From positions 35,984 to 99,983 of the forward strand of contig JANNXQ010000032.1 of the NCBI GenBank assembly GCA_031409655.1: a stretch of DNA of 64,000 bases. Reading direction: 5' to 3'. This stretch comes from Chthoniobacteraceae bacterium. Lineage in GTDB: Bacteria > Verrucomicrobiota > Verrucomicrobiia > Chthoniobacterales > Chthoniobacteraceae. Position 1 is the stretch's first letter. The number at the start of each line of letters is the position of its first letter. Positions 58,049 through 64,000 of this stretch are shown here, in pieces. Made by a program: the position numbers and the translations under genes. Under the pieces are notes generated by a model that was given only the letters and a program-made list of their open reading frames with translations, did not search any database and had not been told where the DNA came from.

Positions 58049-59067
58049 CGCAGATATTCCCCCCTGAGCCACGCCAGACATTCGGCTCGGGCGGGTCCGA
58101 GTTGCGTGAGATCCACGCCCGCTTTCGCCCACTCCGCCAGCTCGCGGACCTCGGCGGGCACTTGATCCACGGGCACCGGGCCAAGCGGAATCTGGCGCGA
58201 CTTCGACCGCGCGAGCGCGAGTTCCGTCTCCGCGGAGAGCAGGAAATCCACGAGCTTCCGCGCGGCCTCTTCGCGCTTCGTGCCGCGGATGATGGCAACG
58301 GTATTCGGGATGCAAATGGTGGCGTAATTTTCGTCACTCACGAGTACTGGCTGCCACTGTAGTAGCTTGCCTGCGTCGAACGCCGCGAAGAAATCGTCCG
58401 AATCCGTGTAGCCGAAATGACAGGCTCCGCCAACCACTGCATCCTTCGTAGCACCGTTGCCGTTTAGCTCGCGGACCCCGCGCCGCCTCCAGTCGCGGTG
58501 CCATGCCTGAACTGCAGGCCCGCCCCATTTATGCCAAAGCACACTGTAGTGCGTGAGCGTGGTCCCGTAGAGCGGCTTGGCAATACACATCTGCGAAGGA
58601 TCGAAGAGCGCGAGCACGCCCTTGTCCAACCGGTCCATAGCTTCGCGGTCCGGGGCGCCGAAGTTCGCGATCAACACACGCATCCGCGCAGCGAAGCCGG
58701 TCCAGTGGCCCCCGGCGTCCTTGTACTTCGCGGGGATGCGCTCCCAGCCGGAGCCGCGATACGGCGCGAGCACGCCCTTTTCCTGCAAGTCGAGCGTGCC
58801 GAGCAGTTCGTTGTTCCAGAAGACATCGCAACGCGGCGCGTCTTTTTCGCGCACGAGGAGTTCGGTGAGGCCGAGCGATTTTGTGGCCTCGGTGTCGTAG
58901 CGCGTGGCGACGGCGAGGCCGGTCTGGCGGGTGAAATCACGGAGGATTTCCTCCGCGAAGATCGAGTCGTGCGCGCAATAAACGACGAGCGGGCTGGCCC
59001 CGCGCTGGGTGAAAAACCACGCGCCGATCAGCGCGCCGAGGATGATCAGAGGAAGCGCGCGGCGCAT
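58045..59067 (-). CDS. Fe(III)/FbpA-AfuA-like ABC substrate-binding protein
   Basis: LVVYCAHD, EKDAPRCDVFW, WTGF..R.RV, AKPLYGTT, TDSDD, IPNTVAII. Confidence 0.88.
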   Translation of the reverse strand: MRRALPLIILGALIGAWFFTQRGASPLVVYCAHDSIFAEEILRDFTRQTGLAVATRYDTEATKSLGLTELLVREKDAPRCDVFWNNELLGTLDLQEKGVLAPYRGSGWERIPAKYKDAGGHWTGFAARMRVLIANFGAPDREAMDRLDKGVLALFDPSQMCIAKPLYGTTLTHYSVLWHKWGGPAVQAWHRDWRRRGVRELNGNGATKDAVVGGACHFGYTDSDDFFAAFDAGKLLQWQPVLVSDENYATICIPNTVAIIRGTKREEAARKLVDFLLSAETELALARSKSRQIPLGPVPVDQVPAEVRELAEWAKAGVDLTQLGPARAECLAWLRGEYLR

Positions 59068-60620
59068 CACTTCGCGGGCAGCGCGTCGAAGTATTTCTTG
59101 ATGGCCTCGTGGTAGCCGGTCGGCACCTGCTCCTGCTGGATCGCTTCGCTCACGCCCTGTTTCACCCGCTGCATCCCCTCGCGAAATTCCTCCGACCGCG
59201 CGCCGGTCTCGCCGACTTCCTTCGTCTTCCACTCGAGCAGCATCTTGCCCGCGGTCAGTCGCGACGGGGATTTCTCGCTCTTGAATCCGGTCTTCGCCGA
59301 TTCGTCCTCCGGCCGTTTCGCGCCGTTGCCGATGCCCGGTCCCATCCCCGAGCCGCCCTGACCGGGCTGAAGCCCCGCACATTTCGCGGCAAAAAGCGCG
59401 GCGTAGTCGCTCATCCCGTTGCAGCTCTTGCACGCCTCGCCGTCGAGTTGGCCGAGTTCACAGAGCTGCCTCGCCATCTGCAAATTCTTGAGCGCGTCTT
59501 CGAGCGCCTGGCCGTCCTTCATCGCCTGCGCGAGCTGCGAGAGTTCCTGCTCGCTGAGTTGCAGCGAATCCGCCGCGCCGTCCATCCCGCTCTTCGAGTT
59601 CTGGCCGAGTTGATCGAGCGCGCGTTGCAGCGCGGCGGCGAGTTGCGGGGAGTTCATCTCCTGCTTCATGGACTGCGCGAGTTCATTGAGCTGCTGCGCG
59701 AGCTTCTCGCGAGCGGCGCGCTTTTCGGCGGAGTCCGGCATCTGCTCGAGCTTCCGGAGTTGCTCGCGCAGCTCGGCGATCTCCTTCTTCACCGCGGTGA
59801 CGTCGCCTTTTTTCAACTCCTCGCGCCACTGCTGCAGCTTCTTCGGATCGGCGGTGCCGAAGCTTTGCCCGGCCTTGTCGAAACGCGGCAGTTCGTTGTT
59901 CACCTTCCGCCACATTTCGCCGAGTTCGCGCTGCTGCTCGGCGAGCCGCTGGAGGGTCGGCTCCTTTTGCTGGGGCTTGGCTTCCTTGAAAGTCTTGTCG
60001 AGTTCCGCGAGCGCGCGCTGCACCTGCTCCGTCTGCCGGTTTGCTTCCGCCGCCAGTTGTTCGCTGCGCAATGCTGTCGCCTTCCGCGTCTCCCGGAGCT
60101 TCTGCTCCTGCTGGCTGGCCGTCCGCCGCGCCTCCTCCTTGCGGAAGGGATCGAGCTGCGGAAGAAACCGAATGCCGACGGCGAGAATCACGAGCGCCGC
60201 CGCGACTTGCCACAGACCACGCTGCCAGCGGAAGGGCACGAGCTTCGCCGCCTGCAACTCCGCGGCGCGCTGCTCGGCCTGCTCGACGACGATGGGGCGA
60301 AATTCACCGGGCGCCTCATCCAGGAGCGCTGCGGTCAGGAAGAGATCGTGGCTCTCCGACCGCGCATCGACGAGCCGCGCCACCTCGCTGATCGCCGGCC
60401 GCCGCGTGAGGGCGAGCGCGCCGAGGAGCGACAGGGCGGGGATCGCGAAAAGCGAAAGCAGCGTGAAGTGATCGGGAAGCAAGCCGAGCAGACGCGCGGC
60501 CAGCAGCAGCGCCAGATAGAGCGCCGCGCTGGCGAGCGCGACCTGTCGCCACCGCCCGCCGAGGCGCGCGACGAAAAGCCGGGTGCCGGTCTGCCGCAGC
60601 AATCGCTGTGTATGGCTCAT
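59067..60620 (-). CDS. Membrane-anchored coiled-coil protein of the type found in MoxR/vWA clusters
   Basis: Three TM segments, long Q/E/L heptad region, Gly-rich linker, C-terminal VP.GY.EAIKKYF. Confidence 0.8.
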   Translation of the reverse strand: MSHTQRLLRQTGTRLFVARLGGRWRQVALASAALYLALLLAARLLGLLPDHFTLLSLFAIPALSLLGALALTRRPAISEVARLVDARSESHDLFLTAALLDEAPGEFRPIVVEQAEQRAAELQAAKLVPFRWQRGLWQVAAALVILAVGIRFLPQLDPFRKEEARRTASQQEQKLRETRKATALRSEQLAAEANRQTEQVQRALAELDKTFKEAKPQQKEPTLQRLAEQQRELGEMWRKVNNELPRFDKAGQSFGTADPKKLQQWREELKKGDVTAVKKEIAELREQLRKLEQMPDSAEKRAAREKLAQQLNELAQSMKQEMNSPQLAAALQRALDQLGQNSKSGMDGAADSLQLSEQELSQLAQAMKDGQALEDALKNLQMARQLCELGQLDGEACKSCNGMSDYAALFAAKCAGLQPGQGGSGMGPGIGNGAKRPEDESAKTGFKSEKSPSRLTAGKMLLEWKTKEVGETGARSEEFREGMQRVKQGVSEAIQQEQVPTGYHEAIKKYFDALPAK

Positions 60621-60674
60621 GTGCGTCGCATGAATACTGCCACGCCCGGCGCGCGGCAATGGAGGATCGTCGTG

Positions 60675-61025
60675 CTATGACCCGGTCTTCATCCGGCGCA
60701 CCACCTTTTGGGTCGTGCTGCGTTTCTTATCGGTCAGGCGGGTCTTCCGTTTGCGGAGCTGGCGGGCGAGCTTGTCGGTCACGAGGTCGAGCGCGGCGTA
60801 GAGATCCTCCGCGCTCTGCTCCGCATGGATGTCCGGGCCGGCGATCGCGAGGTGCACTTTGACCGAATAGCGTTCCTTCGTCCGGGCGCTTTCGTCGTGG
60901 ATGAGCACGATGTGCGCGGCGACGATGTCGCTGGCGAGATCTTCCAGATGAAGAATTTTCCCGGCCGCGAACTGGTGGATGGCGGCGGTGAGGCGGACGT
61001 TGCGGGGGCTGATGTGGATTTGCAT
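60675..61025 (-). CDS. hpf: Ribosome hibernation promoting factor (short HPF/RaiA)
   Basis: MQIHIS.RNV.LT.AI, DLYAALDLV.DKL.RQLRK.K. Confidence 0.93.
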   Translation of the reverse strand: MQIHISPRNVRLTAAIHQFAAGKILHLEDLASDIVAAHIVLIHDESARTKERYSVKVHLAIAGPDIHAEQSAEDLYAALDLVTDKLARQLRKRKTRLTDKKRSTTQKVVRRMKTGS

Positions 61026-61192
61026 GTGCGTGCAAGATGTAGCGCCAACCCCGCCCGTGGCAATCGGCGCCGCGTGCAAAAAACAGCCGGGCATCCTTCG
61101 CCGGACGATGCTTAGCTTAATCCGAAGCGATCCATCAAGAATGAGTATTCAACGAAGTCGCGGGTTCGATTGTATAAGACGGGAACAAACCC

Positions 61193-62107
61193 ATGAAACG
61201 CATCTCGATCGCAAAATCTGGTGACTGGACGGCCCTCGACGCCTACCTCCGCGACGTCGGCCAGTCGGCCACACCCACGGAGGAAGAGACGACCGCGCTG
61301 GGCATCCGTGCCGCTGCGGGCGACGTCGCAGCGCAGGAGCAGCTCGTGCGCGATCACCTGCGGCTCGTGGTGAAGATCGCGCATCATTACGCTGGGTTTG
61401 GGCTGCCGCTCGCCGATCTCGTCTCCGAGGGGAATATCGGGCTCATGCGCGCCGCGGAACTTTACGATCCGAAGTTTGGGACAAAATTCAGCACCTACGC
61501 CTCGGTCTGGATCAAGCAGCGCATGCATCGCGCGATCACCAACCAGGCGCGCGCGGTGCGCATCCCGGTCTGGCGCTCGCAGCGGCTGCGGAAGCTGGCC
61601 CGGCTGAACGACGAACTGAGCGCACAGCTCGGCCGGACGGCGTCCGACGACGATCTCGCGGATCGCCTCGGGCTCTCCGCCGGGCAGATGGCGGAGCTGC
61701 AAGGCGATCGCTTTGACGTGGTCTCGATCGACGCTCCGTCCCATCCCGGCGATGAAAATTCCGCTCCCCTTCACGCCACGATGCCGGACGAAAATGCCGT
61801 GGAACCCGGGGCGCATCTGAGCCGCCAGGAGCTCGTCGAAGAGATCATGGTCTGCCTGCACGATCTCGAGGATCGGGAGCTGCAGATCCTCGCGCTGAAG
61901 TATGGGTTCCAGGCAAAGGGTGCCGTTTCCTTCCGCGAACTCGGGCGGCGCTTTGGCCTGAGCCATGAATGGGTGCGGCGCATCGGCGAGCTCGCGGTGG
62001 TGAAAGTGCGGCGCGCGCTGGAGCATGTCGGCACGGTGCCTGCGGGCGAAAGGCAGCGGCGGCGGGAGCGCGTGCAGGCGCGGATCAGCCAGCTCGCGAC
62101 CGCCTGA
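61193..62107 (+). CDS. Sigma-70 family group 2/3 sigma factor (RpoD/RpoS-like, no region 1.1)
   Basis: LDAYLRDV, LRLVVKIA, DLVSEGNIGLMRAA, KFSTYA, NQARAVRIPV, region 4 HTH. Confidence 0.93.
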   Translation: MKRISIAKSGDWTALDAYLRDVGQSATPTEEETTALGIRAAAGDVAAQEQLVRDHLRLVVKIAHHYAGFGLPLADLVSEGNIGLMRAAELYDPKFGTKFSTYASVWIKQRMHRAITNQARAVRIPVWRSQRLRKLARLNDELSAQLGRTASDDDLADRLGLSAGQMAELQGDRFDVVSIDAPSHPGDENSAPLHATMPDENAVEPGAHLSRQELVEEIMVCLHDLEDRELQILALKYGFQAKGAVSFRELGRRFGLSHEWVRRIGELAVVKVRRALEHVGTVPAGERQRRRERVQARISQLATA

Positions 62108-62171
62108 GCGGAATCGCCAGCGCCGAAATCTTACACGCCAAACGTCCGCCTCGGGCGTATCGTTGAGCACC

Positions 62172-63305
62172 ATGCGCTATTCCCTGCATCTCGCCCGCAT
62201 CGCCGGGATCGATGTGAAAGTTCACGCGACCTTCTTTCTGCTGCTCGCGTACTTCGCGTTCGTCTTCCACCGGGAAGGCGGACCGGCCGCAGCCGTCGAG
62301 GGCGTCTTCTTTGTCCTGCTCGTTTTCCTCTGCGTCCTGCTCCACGAATTTGGCCACGCCCTGGCGGCGCGCCGCTACGGCATCCGCACGCCGGACATCA
62401 CGCTGCTCCCGATCGGCGGCCTCGCCCGGCTCGAGCGCATCCCGGAAAATCCGGTGCAGGAACTCGTCATCGCCATCGCCGGACCGGCGGTGAATGTGGT
62501 GATCGCGGCGGGCCTCTGGGCCTACCTCGGCGTGACGAATGCGCTCCCACATCCGACGATGATCGAGCACGTGGGCGTGAGCCTGCCGATGAAGCTGCTC
62601 GCGGTGAATATCACGCTCATCGTCTTCAATCTGATCCCCGCTTTCCCGATGGATGGCGGTCGCGTGCTCCGGGCCGTGCTCGCCATGCGCATGGACTACG
62701 CGCGCGCCACAAATATCGCCGCCACGATCGGCCAGGGCTGTGCCTTTCTGCTCGGCGCCTGGGGCCTGCTCCACACGCCGCCGAATCCGATGCTGGTCCT
62801 GATCGCGGTCTTCGTCTTTCTCGGCGCAGGTCAGGAGGCCGCTCTCGCACAGCTAAAATCTGCGTCGGTCGGCCTCCACGTTTCTTCCGCCATGGTCACC
62901 CAGTTCCGCGCGCTGCCGCGACACGCGACACTCAATGAGGCCATCGATGCGCTGCTTCAAACTTCGCAGCATGACTTTCCAGTGGTGAGCGAAAGTGGGG
63001 CGGTCTGCGGCATTCTCACCCGCGACGACCTCATCGTCGCCTTGCGCAAATCCGGCGCGGGCACGCCGGTCGCCGAGATCATGCGGGTGAATGTCCCGGC
63101 GGTGCATCCCTCGATGCCTTTTGATCGCGCCTTCACCATGATCCAGGAATCCTCCTGCCCCGCCCTGCCCGTGATCGATGCCGCGGGCCGGTTGGTCGGA
63201 CTTTTCACGCCGGAAAATGTGGGCGAGCTGATGATGGTGCAGTCCGCGCTGGCAAAGTCGCCCGGCGGCCGCGCCTCACGCGTCCCGCCGCTGCCGACGG
63301 CGTGA
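62172..63305 (+). CDS. Site-2 protease (M50) with tandem CBS domains
   Basis: HEFGH, IAGPAVN, FNLIPAFPMDGGR, CBS pair. Confidence 0.96.
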   Translation: MRYSLHLARIAGIDVKVHATFFLLLAYFAFVFHREGGPAAAVEGVFFVLLVFLCVLLHEFGHALAARRYGIRTPDITLLPIGGLARLERIPENPVQELVIAIAGPAVNVVIAAGLWAYLGVTNALPHPTMIEHVGVSLPMKLLAVNITLIVFNLIPAFPMDGGRVLRAVLAMRMDYARATNIAATIGQGCAFLLGAWGLLHTPPNPMLVLIAVFVFLGAGQEAALAQLKSASVGLHVSSAMVTQFRALPRHATLNEAIDALLQTSQHDFPVVSESGAVCGILTRDDLIVALRKSGAGTPVAEIMRVNVPAVHPSMPFDRAFTMIQESSCPALPVIDAAGRLVGLFTPENVGELMMVQSALAKSPGGRASRVPPLPTA

Positions 63306-63370
63306 GCCACGCTTAGTTGCCATCCGAGGGCGGCTCGCTAAATCAGGAGACAAACACAAACCGAAATTCT

Positions 63371-64000
63371 ATGAGCCTCTTCTCCATCATCCTCTTTGTC
63401 GGCACCATGGCCCTCTCCCTTTGGGCGATGGCCCGGGTGAAAAGCGTTTACCACAAGTACAGCCAGGTCGCGGCCGCGTCCGGCGCCACCGGCGCGGAAG
63501 TCGCCGCCGCGATCCTCGATCGTGCCGGCATCCGCGATGTCGAGATCGTCTCGCATGACGAGATGCTCGGCGATCACTACGACCCGATGAACAAGCGCCT
63601 AGTGCTTTCGACGCAGAACTACCACGGCAACTCCCTCGCCGCGCTCGGCGTTTCGGCGCACGAATGCGGCCACGCCATCCAGCACAAGATCGCCTACGCG
63701 CCGCTGCACTGGCGCATGGCCGCGGTCGGCGCGACGAATTTCGCCAGCCAGATCGTCATGTGGCTGCCGCTGGTCGGCATGTTCACCGGCATCCTGAATT
63801 GGTACACCGCCTCGTGGATCATGGCTGCGGCGTGGGGCGTGATCATGCTTTTCAACCTCATCACGCTCCCCGTGGAATTCGACGCCTCGGCCCGCGCGAA
63901 ACGGGTGCTCGGCGAGATGGGTTTCATCGGCACCGATAAGGAAGTCACCGGCGTGCGCAAAGTGCTCGACGCCGCCGGCTGGACCTACGTCGCCGCGCTC
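63371..64000 (+). CDS. Neutral zinc metallopeptidase (YugP/Zn_peptidase_2), 3'-truncated by window
   Basis: Read by hand from ATG 63371: SGATGAEVA, DHYDP, AHECGHAIQH, TLPVEFDASARA, AAGWTYVAA. Confidence 0.95.
   Translation, partial: MSLFSIILFVGTMALSLWAMARVKSVYHKYSQVAAASGATGAEVAAAILDRAGIRDVEIVSHDEMLGDHYDPMNKRLVLSTQNYHGNSLAALGVSAHECGHAIQHKIAYAPLHWRMAAVGATNFASQIVMWLPLVGMFTGILNWYTASWIMAAAWGVIMLFNLITLPVEFDASARAKRVLGEMGFIGTDKEVTGVRKVLDAAGWTYVAAL

Overview
GC-rich bacterial chromosomal window, most likely Verrucomicrobiota (Chthoniobacter-like). This is inferred from a PVC-type CxxCH heme protein, a PEP-CTERM protein and A/C-rich leaders without Shine-Dalgarno motifs. It holds about 50 CDS and two tRNAs (Trp-CCA, Thr-GGT). 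The core block tRNA-Thr/tuf/tRNA-Trp/secE/nusG/rplK stops at rplK, with no rplA after it. Other genes include asd, lysC, an ABC-F, hpf, two sigma factors, a solitary dynamin-like GTPase and an anti-sigma/PAS fusion. A ~23 kb, largely translationally coupled minus-strand cluster (37753-60620) encodes MoxR, DUF58, two vWA proteins, a duplicated ABC-exporter module, an Fe(III)-type ABC importer, an NHL lipoprotein and an inserted CcdB-like toxin-antitoxin pair. The most unusual signal is a set of palindromic REP/REPIN-like and heptamer-repeat elements that enter coding space without breaking it. Four copies are translated in frame inside real genes. Two more are spanned by repeat-encoded mini-ORFs whose start and stop codons overlap the flanking genes (ATGA/GTGA) on both sides, apparently preserving translational coupling. 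No rRNA, CRISPR, IS or prophage was seen.
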